64,000 nucleotides of DNA from Octopus sinensis. Taxonomy: Eukaryota. Position 1 is the stretch's first letter; each line of letters opens with the position of its first letter. The notes beneath the pieces were generated by a model. That model saw only the letters and a program-made list of their open reading frames with translations. It had not been told where the DNA came from and ran no database searches. Positions 1 through 12,007 of this stretch are shown one piece after another. The position numbers and the translations under genes were made by a program. The DNA lies in contig NC_043004.1 of NCBI RefSeq assembly GCF_006345805.1, forward strand, positions 31,558,001 to 31,622,000, given 5' to 3'.

Positions 1-362
1 GGGTTCAGTCCCACTGCGTGGCATCTTGGGCAAGTGTCTTCTGCTATAGCCCCGGGCCAACCAATGCCTTGTGAGTGGATTTGGTAGACGGAAACTGAAA
101 GAGGCCTGTCGTATATATGTATATATATATATATAAGTGTGTGTGTCTATGTTTGTGTGTCTGTGTTTGTCCCCCTAGCATTGCTTGACAACCGACGCTG
201 GTGTGTTTACGTCCCCGTCACTTAGCAGTTCGGCAAGAGACCGATAGAATAAGTACTGGGCTTACAAAGAATAAGTCCCGGGGTCGATTTGCTCGACTAA
301 AGGCGGTGCTCCAGCATGGCCACAGTCAAATGACTGAAACAAGTAAAAGAGTAAAAGAGTAA
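1..362 (+). mobile_element. tRNA-derived SINE, family A (cut by window edge)
   Basis: B-box-like GGGTTCAGTCC, CORE-like CTTGGGCAAGT, internal (TA)/(TG) tract, 3' (AAAGAGT)n tail; matches the full copies at 29523 and 58420. Confidence 0.9.
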
Positions 363-365
363 GAG

Positions 366-409
<44 letters not shown>

Positions 410-1869
410 AAACATACATAAATACATGCATATAAGCACAGACACAAAAAATATATACAGAGAGAGAGAGAGAGGGAGACAGAGAGAGAAAGTATCATGT
501 ATACGTTTTGAGTTGCAAGGATTTCATAGGTTTCAAACTATCATTAGAATACTGCAGCAGGCAGATGTATTGAGAACTGAATGTGAGAGTTTATGAAGTT
601 AATGAAACTTGTTACACGACAGCTTAATTTACTCAGCGAAAATCAATCAATGAGAATTTGAACATTTTACTGGGAAAAGCTTGTGAAACAAAACGTATAA
701 CTTGTAAATTTATTTGGTTTGCACAATAAAACATGGCCAATATATGCTGTAGATTGAATTCTATTCACTTAAATCTATTTAAACCAATAGGAAGTATTCA
801 TCATCTAATTTTTCCCCAATTTTATTCAAATGGCATCTTCAATTTATTGAAAGCTGAACATTTCTGTTCCAAAATGCTTTTTCAGAATATTTGCCGTAAA
901 TTCTTAATTTGATTAAATTTTTTATTTGAGTGCATTTCCAGTGCACACATCCAGTTTGCCTTGGAGCACTCTTTAAATATTTCAACGATATGACAGAGTA
1001 CATTATTCAGCTGAAGTATCTATATTTTCCTGACAGCAAATTGATTTATTGTGCTGAAGTATTTACATTCTCACTAAAGCATTTCCCTTGAATGCTTCGG
1101 AAAAGGTTTGAAAAAATTTTGAAATGAAATGTTACCGGTGGTTGACAATTGTTGGCAAATAAGATCTTGCCAGATAGCCAAATAGCTTGTTTTGGGTTTG
1201 CGGCCTAGAATATAATTTTTAAAGGCTTAGTCAGAGGGAGAAGTGCAGTGCCCACGACTCCTTTCAAGACCTCTGTATTTGGTGAGGTGGAGGGAGGGAA
1301 GGAGGGAGGGAGGAAAAGACCCTTAGACTAGTGACCTGGTTCGATTACTTACAGTGGAAAGGACGTTACTAAAGGCACCCAAGGGATAAGTGGCAATGTT
1401 AAACTAGGCGATGGATTAAGGGTGTCACCTCAAACCAAGAACTACACCGCCTGTAGGCTTTCACTTAGTTTCCATCTACAAAATTTCCTTTGTAGGTTTC
1501 GGCTAAACTGAGATAGTATAGGAGATTTGCTGCCCAATGGGATCGAACCCAAAATTATGTATCGAAGTGAATCTTTTGACTACAAACCCATGTCCTGTTT
1601 TTGGTAACAGCAATACCAGATGTGTTTACAATACTCAAACGTTAGTCATGGGCCTGTGTACAATACTACTATCTCAGTAGAAGGTTAGCAACTGATCAGA
1701 TTTTAAGTAAGTTAGCCTTTCTAATTAAGTTGTTACCTTCAATATTGATGCTAAACCAGCCTCCACATCATTAACTAAGCTGTGTACTTCATGGTTATCT
1801 TTGCAATCACTTAACATTTTAAAACAATTTACCCAATTTATACATGTTATTTATTAATTGATTTTAAAT

Positions 1870-2060
1870 TTTTGACACAAGGCTAGCAATTTCAGGATAG
1901 AGGCAAGTCGATTACATCGACCCCAATGCCCATCTCGAACTTATTTTATCAACCCTGAAAGGTAAAATCGACCTCGGCAAAATTTAAACTCAGAACGTAA
2001 AGATGAACGAAATACTGCTAAGTATTTTGCTCAGCATGCTAACATTTCTGCCGGCATGCT
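1870..2060 (-). mobile_element. SINE family B, degenerate
   Basis: Reverse complement of the family B head and the CCTTTCA..GGGTCGATAAAATAAG block. Confidence 0.75.
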
Positions 2061-2419
2061 GATTTTGTTATTTCATAATTAAAACCTAATCTTCAGATAA
2101 TTTTCGACATTTTAATGAAAATTTCATTGAAATTTGGTAACAGAATATATTTAACAATCGTATTTACAAAATTTAATCGATAATTTTATCTAAATAAGTT
2201 CGTCTGCAAAAATATATCCAAGTATTTTGCTCAGCATGCTAACGTTTCTGCCGGCATGCCGACTTTGTTATTTCATAATTAAAACCTAATCTTCAGATAA
2301 TTTTCGACATTTTAATGAAAATTTCATTGAAATTTGATAACAGAATATATTTAACAATCGTATTTACAAAATTTAATTGATAATTTTATCTAAATAAGTT
2401 CGTCTGCAAAAATATATCT
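2020..2419. repeat. 200-bp direct tandem duplication
   Basis: AGTATTTTGCTCAGCATGCT at 2021 and 2221; the two units differ at only a few positions. Confidence 0.95.
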
Positions 2420-2478
2420 ATACAGAATTTAGGAGCGAGATGTGAATGCGGTTCCTAAGAGAGTTACATATATATATA

Positions 2479-2534
<56 letters not shown>

Positions 2535-2538
<4 letters not shown>

Positions 2539-2903
2539 CTCGACTCTGTCGGTCACGAATGACCATGGGTACACCTAAGAAGTTCCCCTCCGGAATATAA
2601 ATCTGGGCGGAAAGTTGCTTTACCGGCGAACGCACAACCTCGGGTTGTTTTTATGAAAGACCAGCAGTCGCCCATGCATACCAGTCTCCCCTCTCCAAGC
2701 CACCAATGTTATTCAGAGGAAAGGCAAAGCTAATACAGCTTAGCACCAGTGACATTGTAACCCATTTCTACGGCTGAGTGAACTGGAACAAGGTGAAATA
2801 AAGTGTCTTGCTCAAGAACACAACACGCAGCCTGCTCCGGGAATCGAACTCACAACCTTACGATCGTAAGCTCGACGGTCTAACCACTGAGCCCCATGCA
2901 CCT

Positions 2904-2905
<2 letters not shown>
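2535..2905 (-). mobile_element. tRNA-derived SINE, family D
   Basis: Minus-strand head CTCAGTGGTTAGA...GAGTTCGATTCCC, body CTTGAGCAAGACACTTTATTTCAC, tail GTCATTCGTGACCGACAGAGT; a related piece lies at about 47660-47780. Confidence 0.7.
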
Positions 2906-2935
<30 letters not shown>

Positions 2936-2944
2936 GAGCAGAAA

Positions 2945-5900
2945 GGCGTACTGTACTTATTGCACGTAAGCTTGAAAAATATTCCCTTGATATAATTGCA
3001 CTATAAAACTCGTATCTCTGGTGAGGGTCAAATAAATGAACCTACTTATGGATATACTACCTTCGGGAAAGGCCTGCCTGAGGGCCAGCATAGAGAATCT
3101 TGAGTTGGGTTTGCTCTTAAGAATTCATAACTATCCTCCATTGCAGAATCTCCAAGTGGTATTTCTGAACCATGTTATGCCGTATAAAACTGACAAAAGG
3201 TAGGCTTCTTACCGTTGTTTTTACGCACCAACAATGTCTCATTCTAATTAAATTGGAGGACAGTTTTATGACGATCTAGCACAATTGCTGAGGAAAGTAC
3301 CAATTTCTGACAAGCTGGTCATATTGGGAAATTTCAACGCAAGAGTTGGAAATGACTATGTTTCATGGAAAATGTAATAAAAATGGAATAGCTCTTTTGA
3401 CGCTTTGTATTGAGAATAATCTGGTTGTTACCAACACTCTATTTAAGCAGAAAAATCAATATAAAACCACTTGGTTGCACCCAAGATCTAAGGACTGGCA
3501 TCTCATAGATTATATTTTGATCAGAAAGCGTGATATGAAAGATGTTTCAAGTGTTCGGGCCATGAGAGGAGCAAAGAGCTGGACTGACCATCGTCTAATA
3601 CGTAAAAAAATTTTTTTTCGATAATGCTTAGAAGTCAACAGTCTGGTCATAAGGTACCGAAAAAGTTAAATGTTGCAAACTTCAAATTACCAAGCAACTT
3701 GCAAAGATTCCAAGATTCTATAGAAAGTATCAATTTTGACCCAAACAATCTATGGGAAGATTTCAAAACAAAAGTATTTTAGGCTGCAACTTCGTCGGTG
3801 GGATTTAAATTGCATAAGTCCAGTAACTGGTTTTCAGACAAATCAGCAGAAATTCATGATCTACTTTTAGAAAAACAAAACTTATGCAATATACTTCTTT
3901 CTCAGTCCTTGAACCCCAAATCAAATGAAGCTTACAGACAGCTGAAAGGGAAAGTGCAGACTGCTCTAAGGAAAATTAAACAGGAATGGTGGAACGATAG
4001 AGCAAATGGGGCACAAGAAACAGCTGATAGGAATGACGCCAAGGGTTGATACTCTTATGTTAAGGAGGTATATGGGCTCAAATCTTCTTCAATAGCTCCG
4101 GTGAGAACAGCAAATGGACATTTGCTTCTGACTGACACCACTTCTATTCATAAGGGTTTCACTTTTGAATAGACCATCATCCGCTGACATGAGGATGATG
4201 AAAAAAATTGAACACCTTCCAGTTATAGAGGAGACGGCATTTCAACCAACCCAAAATGGCATTCATTTAGCTGTGAATAAGCTGAATAACATTAAGTCTC
4301 CAGGGTCTGATGGAATCTGTGCAGGGGTCTTACAATATGGGGTGACAAAATGTTTGAACTCTTAAATATATTAATTTATCACTGTTGAAGAACTGAGAAA
4401 GTGCCTCAAGACATGGATTAATGCCATTTTAGTCTCCTTGTATAAATCGGGGCCAAAAGGATTTGTTCAATAATTTTCGTGGGATTTCGCTTTTGTCTGT
4501 AGTTGGAAAGGTACTTGTCCGCATTGTTGGACCGTTTAAATACCTTCATAGTTCCAAATATGGTGTCTGAGTCTCAATGTGTTTTCGTTTCTCCAGGGGC
4601 ACAGCTGATTGTATCTTTACTATCAGACAATTTCGGGGAAAGTGCATTGAACAGAATCTTGCCCTGTACCATTACTTTGTCGATATGAGCAAAGCATTCG
4701 ATACTGTTAACCGAAATGCTCTGTGGCTAATTTTAAGCAAAACAAGTTACCCATAAAAATTTGTAAACATGATCAGGGATTTGCATCAAGATATGAAAGC
4801 TAGAGTTAATTTTGGTGGTAGGCTCACTGAATCTTTTGCTGTGGAAAATGGAGTAAAACAAGGAGACCTTGATGCACTTACCCTCTTTGCAATATACTTT
4901 GCTGTTGTGCTGTAACACGCTTTTCAAAACTCCGAGGAGAGCATTTACATAAAATATCGAACAGGGAATGTTTTTAATCTGACCAGACTGAAATTCAAAA
5001 ACGAAGGTTTTTACTCCACTCATTAGGGAACTCATATACGCACGACTGCGATCTAGTCTGTCATTCTGAAACAGTTCTGCAATCTCTTGTATTTGTGACA
5101 ATTTTGACTTGACCATCGACTTAAAAAAAACAGTTGTAATGTATCAACCTACATGTGGTGCTGTTTGCAACCCACCTAAAAGTTTTGTTAAGGGTAAGTT
5201 ATTTGAAGTTGTTGATTCTTTCATCTACCTTGGAAGCTCTGTACAAAATGATGGAAATCTGGACACTGAAATGCATCTGCGAATTCAAAGGGAAGCACAA
5301 GCATTTGGTGGTTTGAAGTCACGAGTTTGGTACCAACAACATATAAATAACAATAGAAAATTGGCTCTTTACTAATCGTTTGTCTTACCATCCCTTTTGT
5401 ATTCTTCTGAAACATGGACATGCTATGAAAGGCATTTCAAATTAGAACAATTCCACCAAAAATGCCTTCATCGCATTTTAAACATTAAATGGTGTTCTTT
5501 TGCTCCAAAACACAGATGTCCTTGCGCCTAGAGGCAATGATTCTGAAAAATCAAATGAGATGGTGTGGCCATATTGTTCGAATAGCGGATGAACGCATGC
5601 CCAAACAACTGTTTTATGGTGAGCTTGTAGAGGGGAAACGCTATCTGTGTAAACCTAAAAAGAGGTTTAAGGACGGCATAAGGACTACTATGAAGTCACT
5701 TGGAATGGATCCAGAGGACATAGAAGCCCTTGCTTGTGATCGAGCTGGATGGCGAACAGTAGTGTGGAGTGGAGTGAAAGTGTTTGAAGGGGCCAGGATA
5801 ATGCATGCAAGACTCGAGAGAGATTTAAAGAAAAATGTTACGATCGAGAAAGTGAATCACTATGATCTTTTTGTTCTGCACAGTTTGTGACAGATCATGC

Positions 5901-6235
5901 CTTTCTTTTGCTGGGTTCAAATCTCATTTGCAGACCCATGAAAAACGAACCTCCACCAACTATTCTGCCTATATGTCAGTGCACACCTTTCAATGCCATG
6001 TTTGCCATAAGGTCTGCAAATCTAACAAAAGCCTCAAAAGACATTTTAAGATCCACAAAGATTAGAACTTAACTACAACTCTTGGTGGTCCAAATCAGAT
6101 ATGCAAATTATGTGGGTGTCTTTTCAATACATTATCTGGTTTTAAAAGCCACATCAGACACCATGATGGTTCTAAGGTGTAAGTACAGAGGTGGTCAGAC
6201 TCTGCATAGGGAGTAGACAACCACCGTATATATAT
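2945..6235 (+). mobile_element. RTE-clade LINE, near full ORF, frameshifted (APE + RT + 3 C2H2 fingers)
   Basis: APE motifs (ILGNFNARVG, WHLIDYILIR, WTDHRL); RT motifs (KSPGSDGI, SKAFDTVNR, GVKQGD, FIYLGS); RTE C-terminal RWCGHIVRIADERMPKQLFYGEL; zinc fingers at 5877-6180. Confidence 0.95.
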
Positions 6236-6836
6236 ATAAAACTTTTTAAATAATCACATCCCATTGTCACCCATTCAACTTGATGTAATAAATATTATAT
6301 CTTATTTTATTTCTATTTAATTCATTTATCGATTTAATATAAATCGATAACTGTAACTTATTTCCCTCTTAATCCTGTTTTATTTCTCTCTCTTCCATTT
6401 TGTTTCTTTTTCTCTTCGGTTTTCCCTCATTTTTCTTTTTCTTTCTTCCATCACCTTCCTCCATCCTTTGACAGGAATCCTGTATAGGTATATATGTATG
6501 AATAAATTCTATGAAAAAGTGTCTAGTCATAACTTGTCTCATAACTCCGTGAGCCCAGAGGCAAAAGTCTTGGGCAGCAAGGCTAATGCGATCAAGACAT
6601 TATTAATCTTTACTATGGAATTTAGTAAGCTTTCTTCTGTCTGTCAGTCAGTACTTCACACACATGCGTCGCGCACACACAAATGCAGTGAGAAATGAAG
6701 TGAGAGAGAGAGAGAGAGAGAGAGAGAACAGAGAGAGATGGAGAGAATGCATGTATGTATTTGTGTGCGATGAGAGAACAGAGAGATAATGTCAATTCTC
6801 AGTAGTCGTGCATACAGTTTATCTGCCAAAATCTAC

Positions 6837-6949
6837 CTGAATCCAGAGAATATGCAGAAAGCCACCGCAAGAGCCACCGTTGAGATGCAAAAACCAAAAT
6901 GGTAGATTATGTTAATGATAAGATCGCTGATATTTCTGTGGTTTTCTTC
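6837..6949 (-). CDS. Class B1 GPCR (CRF/DH44-receptor-like), stalk + TM1 exon
   Basis: Acceptor tctcttgcag|GAA, donor TTCAG|gtagat; 113 nt, phase 0 to 2. Encodes EENHRNISDLIINIIYHFGFCISTVALAVAFCIFSGF(R), resembling CRF-receptor TM1 (IINYLGHCISLVALLVAF, from memory). Confidence 0.92.
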
Positions 6950-7660
6950 CTGCAAGAGACACGAAATTAATTTTAAAAAATTATTACGATTCATTATAGA
7001 AGTTAACAGGCGCAACAATGAAAATCCTATTGTGTAAGTTAAAAATTATAGCTTATTTCTGACACGCTTAAAGAAAAATGATATGATGAAATTGGATAAA
7101 GTTGAAGGAAAAGTAAATATACGAAAACAAAAATAAAAACAACAGTTATAACATCACAAATTGATATTATGATATGACAGTAATCTAAGTATTATGTATT
7201 AATTTCTTTATTCATCACAATGCTCAATACTGTTATACATACACCCATGCACGCATATATTTTTCTTAAACAAGAATAAGATTGATAGTATCTTGGAAGT
7301 TTTGGCCAGTCAGTTAAGCCAATCATATACGAGCATTACTATAAAAAAATACACCACTTAATATCAATTAGAAAATACTCTCACACGTACAACCATTCCA
7401 AGGTAACAAGAAACCCTGCCTACTTTATACTAATGAATCCTATCACATTCTCACATTTAGGGATCAAATTCTGAACCGAAACTGATTATTTCATCGCCCC
7501 TGGTTAAAACAAATGTGTATAAAATTATTGTAGTACCAACATCGCTGCAGCCTGACACGATGATCACCTTTAATGACCCCAGGTTACATCATTCATGACG
7601 TGTCCCTGCAAGATATATTGTCCAAGAATAATGGACACATATGTCTCCCCACTCTCTCTC

Positions 7661-7701
<41 letters not shown>

Positions 7702-7777
7702 ATACATACATACATACATACATACATACACACATACACACATACATACACATATATACACATACATACATACATAC

Positions 7778-7826
<49 letters not shown>

Positions 7827-7829
7827 TAA

Positions 7830-8780
7830 CTGTTATTTGAGGGAATATTAATCCTAACTTACAGGGAAAAAATTCAATTTAGAAATACTAAATCAAATTT
7901 CACACAATATTATATATATATATTATATATTATATTATATAACTTTCACACAATGTATATATATATATAATTATAATTTTCTTTCGGAAAACGTAGATGG
8001 CGTAGAAGTGCTCAAGTCGAACCCGAGGTGCTAGACAACTATAATAGATATAAGAGAAAATGTTCAAATTAGGCAGACTACGATTATCACATACATATAC
8101 GGGTTTATTTAAGGTAGGATAAGAATTGTTCAATCTGAAACATATATTGATATATTAGAAATATAAAATATATATGAATGCTAAAAACATACACGGACAT
8201 ACAGATATATAGATATCTAAAAATAATAACAGAATATAGATAAAGATAATGAAATGTAGAAAAAAGACGTCTTTAAAAGTTCAAAATATGATATAGAGAA
8301 AGTAATAGGCATTGAAAGGAGTTTTGGGTAAGATGTAATAGAAAAATAAGGTGTTCCAACGATCGTTTCAGGGGTGCATTCGTGCAGATTACATATGAAT
8401 CTTACGATACATTTCCATCATCAGGGAAAAATAGTGTTTACGCTAAATATGGATTTAGTCCCTTACCAGGTATAAAATAGTTTGATGCTTAATAGAAGAG
8501 CGGATAAAGCTATGTAAATTGTGTAATTTTTTATGAGGGCTGATGGAAGAAAAATTAGATTGTTTACTGACTTTCTTAAAATTTATATTTGTATTGGCGA
8601 TATATTGTTGTACAACAGAAAATATTGCCAAGTGGGTTCGAATTTGAATCGACTCATGAAAGTTGAATAGTATCTATGGTTGTAGGAATGAACAGCGCCA
8701 GAAAACTTATTTAAAACACTGGAATTAAACATGCGAATGATAATGTATGATTGTATATAAAAGAATCATACACAACGAGG
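7830..8780 (-). mobile_element. Degenerate Penelope-like element remnant
   Basis: Minus ORF PNLNIFSYIYYSCLAPRVRLEHF resembles a PLE GIY-YIG C-terminus; contains a hammerhead-like motif at 8354-8428. Confidence 0.45.
8354..8428 (-). ncRNA. Minimal type I hammerhead-ribozyme-like motif
   Basis: Minus strand TTCC-CTGATGA-TGG...CCCT-GAAA-CGATCG-TT-GGAA: 4-bp stem I, palindromic stem III (ACGATCGT), imperfect stem II. Confidence 0.55.
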
Positions 8781-8849
8781 ACGTAAACACACTAACATAG
8801 GTTGTCAAGCAATGGTGGGAGACAAACATAGACACAAAGACATCCACAA

Positions 8850-8891
<42 letters not shown>

Positions 8892-8898
8892 GTGTGTT

Positions 8899-8972
<74 letters not shown>

Positions 8973-9156
8973 GTGTGTGTTTATATATATATATATACGA
9001 CGGACTTTCAGCTTCCGTCTACCAAATCCACTCACAAGGCTTTGGTCGACCCGAGACTATAGTAGAAGACACTTGCCCAAGGTGCCACGCATTGGGGTGA
9101 ACCTGGAACCATTTGATTGGGAAGCAAGCTTCTTACCATGCAGCCATGCCTGCGCC
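8777..9156 (-). mobile_element. SINE family A, 3'-truncated
   Basis: Reverse complement of head, CORE-like block and internal microsatellite. Confidence 0.85.
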
Positions 9157-9779
9157 TATATGTGTGTGTGTGTGTGGATATATATATATATACACATATA
9201 CATACACACGTGGAGCTGCACGTGGATTGTTGGCGATTTTTCCTTATTTTCCTTCTTTCTCTTTGGACTGTTCTCTTTGCGACGAAGTGCTATGCTCGAA
9301 ACGTTAACAACTCTTTCCTTTTACTGAGACTAAAATTAATATATTTCATGTGCGTGTCCTCACATTCGTTTTCTTCTATTTTCTATTTTTTAATTGTTTG
9401 TTTTTTGAATTGACTATATATATATATGTGTGTGTACACACACACACTCACAGACACAGACAGACAGATACACACACACGCACACATACACACAGATTTG
9501 CTTAATTGGTTGTATAGCGTGCCGTGTACTATCAGGGACAGTCTTTTAGTTTCAAAATACAGCATGGCTGTTCTCTGAGAAAAAATGAGAAAGAACGAGA
9601 GGAAAAAGTAAATGAAGAAAGGAAACAAGAGAAAAGTGTGGAAGGAAGGGAGATAAGAGTTGTGTCCTTTGGGTTTGTAAGAATGGGAATTAACAATGGT
9701 TGGCGTGGAACAGATTAAAGTCTGGAACAGATTCGACAGGAACAGATTAAAGTCTGTGAAATTCTATGCTTAATACAGA

Positions 9780-10140
9780 GAAGTGGTGCTCTCCAGTTAG
9801 ATAATAGAAACTTATCCAAGTGCTTGCATTTAGTGAAAATATCCGATCTAGAATTCAGTAGGTTCTGCACCTCCTTAACACATTAATGTATGAAGTGGAT
9901 CGTTCTACGATGCCTGTGTGAGACATAGTTGGTCTTAGATCCAATATCCTTGGATATACGGGAAAGAAGACTGGTTATTTGCACATCTGCTTTTAAAAAT
10001 CACTTTCACACAGACCAATATACTTTTTTTTAACCTTTAGAACTGAAGTGACCTCAGCTTCGTAAACCACTGGACCAATGTGCAAGTGTCTTCGTCTCTA
10101 CAGTCATATTTTGGAAGTAGGTGCCTGGTGTGACTTACGG
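9780..10140 (-). mobile_element. Penelope-like element, GIY-YIG endonuclease fragment
   Basis: Minus frames read VVYEAEVTS...KKYIGLCESDF and LLNSRSDIFTKCKHLDKFLLSNW. Confidence 0.8.
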
Positions 10141-10398
10141 GTAATTGTATATTTTTTAATTTAAGAACTCCACCGACCTGCTGAATTGTGATTTCTCTAC
10201 CAAATAAAATAGTAAAGAATAGAAAGTAAAATATAAGAAAAGCAAACTATTTGATAATTTCAGTGAGAGTCTGGCAAGCTATCGAAGATAGCAACAAATA
10301 AAATAAATGTAGAAGAAAATGTATAAATATAAATAAATGAATAAATTAATTTATAAACAAAAGTTTGGTGGTAATGATGCAACTATTAAGAAACATAC

Positions 10399-10511
10399 GT
10401 TGAAAGCTAAAATTGATGTTACATTTATTTTATAATCATCTGTGAAACAGGAGGTATAGTTCGCCTTTTCGTTCCAGGTGCCGTTCTCATCGCAAACACG
10501 TGTAGCATTCT
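10399..10511 (-). CDS. Class B1 GPCR, second hormone-binding-domain exon
   Basis: Acceptor ttcttctag|AG, donor AAC|gtatgt; 113 nt, phase 1 to 0. Encodes (Q)NATRVCDENGTWNEKANYTSCFTDDYKINVTSILAFN with the class B C-x3-G-x-W...NY-x2-C motif; joins both neighbouring exons in frame. Confidence 0.93.
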
Positions 10512-11039
10512 CTAGAAGAAAAAAAGCAACAATGAGTTAACTTTAGTGAATTATATAATACTAGTCATTGGGAGTAAAGTTGTCTTTTCTTCACTGCATA
10601 ATTATTATTTATCAATGACGTGGTAGTAATCTACCACAAGAAAATCTACCATCTTTCCAACATAGTTTTGAATTCAATACCTTTACTACTAAAATTAAAT
10701 TCCTACTACTAAATTAAGAAAAAAAAAAGAAAAGTGCTGTTGAACTGTTAAGTGAAAGTTGGCGATCGAGGATCGAATCAACGCTATGCCTGCATGAAGT
10801 TCACTACAATAAGTACCAGTTAAACACTGGGATCAATGTAATCGACTAAGCCTCTCCCTGACATTGCTGGCCTTGTGCCAAAATGTGAAACCAATATTAC
10901 AAAGACTAGCTGACCCAGATATCTGAGTGTTGGTCTTATTATTAATTGAGATTGGATTTGAATCTCATAGGAAAATGGACTAAGTTGATAAGGGGACCTT
11001 GGGAGACTGAGTTGATAAGGGGACCTTGGGAGACTGACT

Positions 11040-11200
11040 GTATAGGTAAGGAGTTTGCGTGGGAAGCACATGGTTCTGGTGTTTGCGTCTGTTCCAGGTA
11101 CGTATCACGGTAAAAGTTGTAAACATAGGCGACAGAACCGAAAAAACACGTGCTATCAAATGAAGTCCTTGTGATATTCTCCCCTTGTGCTGTACAGATA
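11040..11200 (-). mobile_element. Penelope-like element 3' fragment
   Basis: FCRLCLQ...NTRTMCFPRKLL resembles the PLE CxLCLxE / LNxRxE..CxH terminus; a 28-bp tandem duplication adjoins it at 10981-11038. Confidence 0.5.
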
Positions 11201-11626
11201 ATCCCAATTCACTCCTTCTATACTAAATGTAATGAACCAATAATGATTAATCCATTAGAAACCTATAACCCACGACAGATCTGTTGTTCAGAAAATACAA
11301 AAAGACTAAAATAGAAATGTTCGAGGATGAATACTGTCGACAATTTCTCTTATTTTCAAGCAAGAAGGAGGATCTGAACTCACCATTGCAAACCAATAAA
11401 GAGCTGTTGGTTATAAACATTTAATTTGCAGTTTTATCTCTTTATTTTTAGATTTACTAAACTAACAAGAGATAAATATTTGGTTATGGACAGTGTGGTG
11501 GCGGTAACGCAATACGAACCGTCAACCCTTCGACCGACCAGATAGTGTGACACCTTATCCATTCAGCTATCATTTTTCTCATTCATCCTCCATCATAAGA
11601 TATGTGGATGAATGTTGATTATTATT

Positions 11627-11933
11627 GTTTGTTCCTTCTCAAGCCATGCCTGGCTCATAAGGGCCGGTTTCCCGGTTTCCTTGGCGTATAGGTTCCCCAC
11701 CTGGACGGGACGCCGGTCTGTCGGAGGTGAGCTGCAATATGCAGGAGGAAAGAGTCAGAGAAAGTTGTGGCGAAAGAGTTAGCAGAAGTTCACCATTACC
11801 TTTAGCCGGGCCGGAGCTGCATGGAGCTTAGGTATTTCGCTCATAAACACACACATCGCCCGGTCTGAGATTCGAACCCGCAATCCCTTGACCGCGAGTC
11901 TGCTGCTCTAACCACTAGGCCATGTGCCTCCAC
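11627..11933 (-). mobile_element. tRNA-derived SINE, family C
   Basis: Head GTGGAGGCACATGGCCTAGTGGTTAGAGC...GGGTTCGAATCTC; body matches 40081-40200. Confidence 0.8.
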
Positions 11934-12007
11934 GTTGATTATTACCCCCCCCCCAAAAAAAAAAGAATGGTATATGATGTTTACTAATAACAGTAAATAT
12001 TACTTAC

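Noticed and set aside
1-6836. Search for the GPCR TM2 exon (expected SxxCxRNxIH-like)
   Set aside because: Not found on the minus strand of the non-repetitive parts; it presumably lies left of the window.
7008-7035. Plus-strand ACAATGAAAATCCTATTGT|GTAAGT, resembling a signal-peptide first exon (MKILL)
   Set aside because: No convincing downstream partner exon, and it lies antisense inside a well-supported GPCR intron; probably chance.
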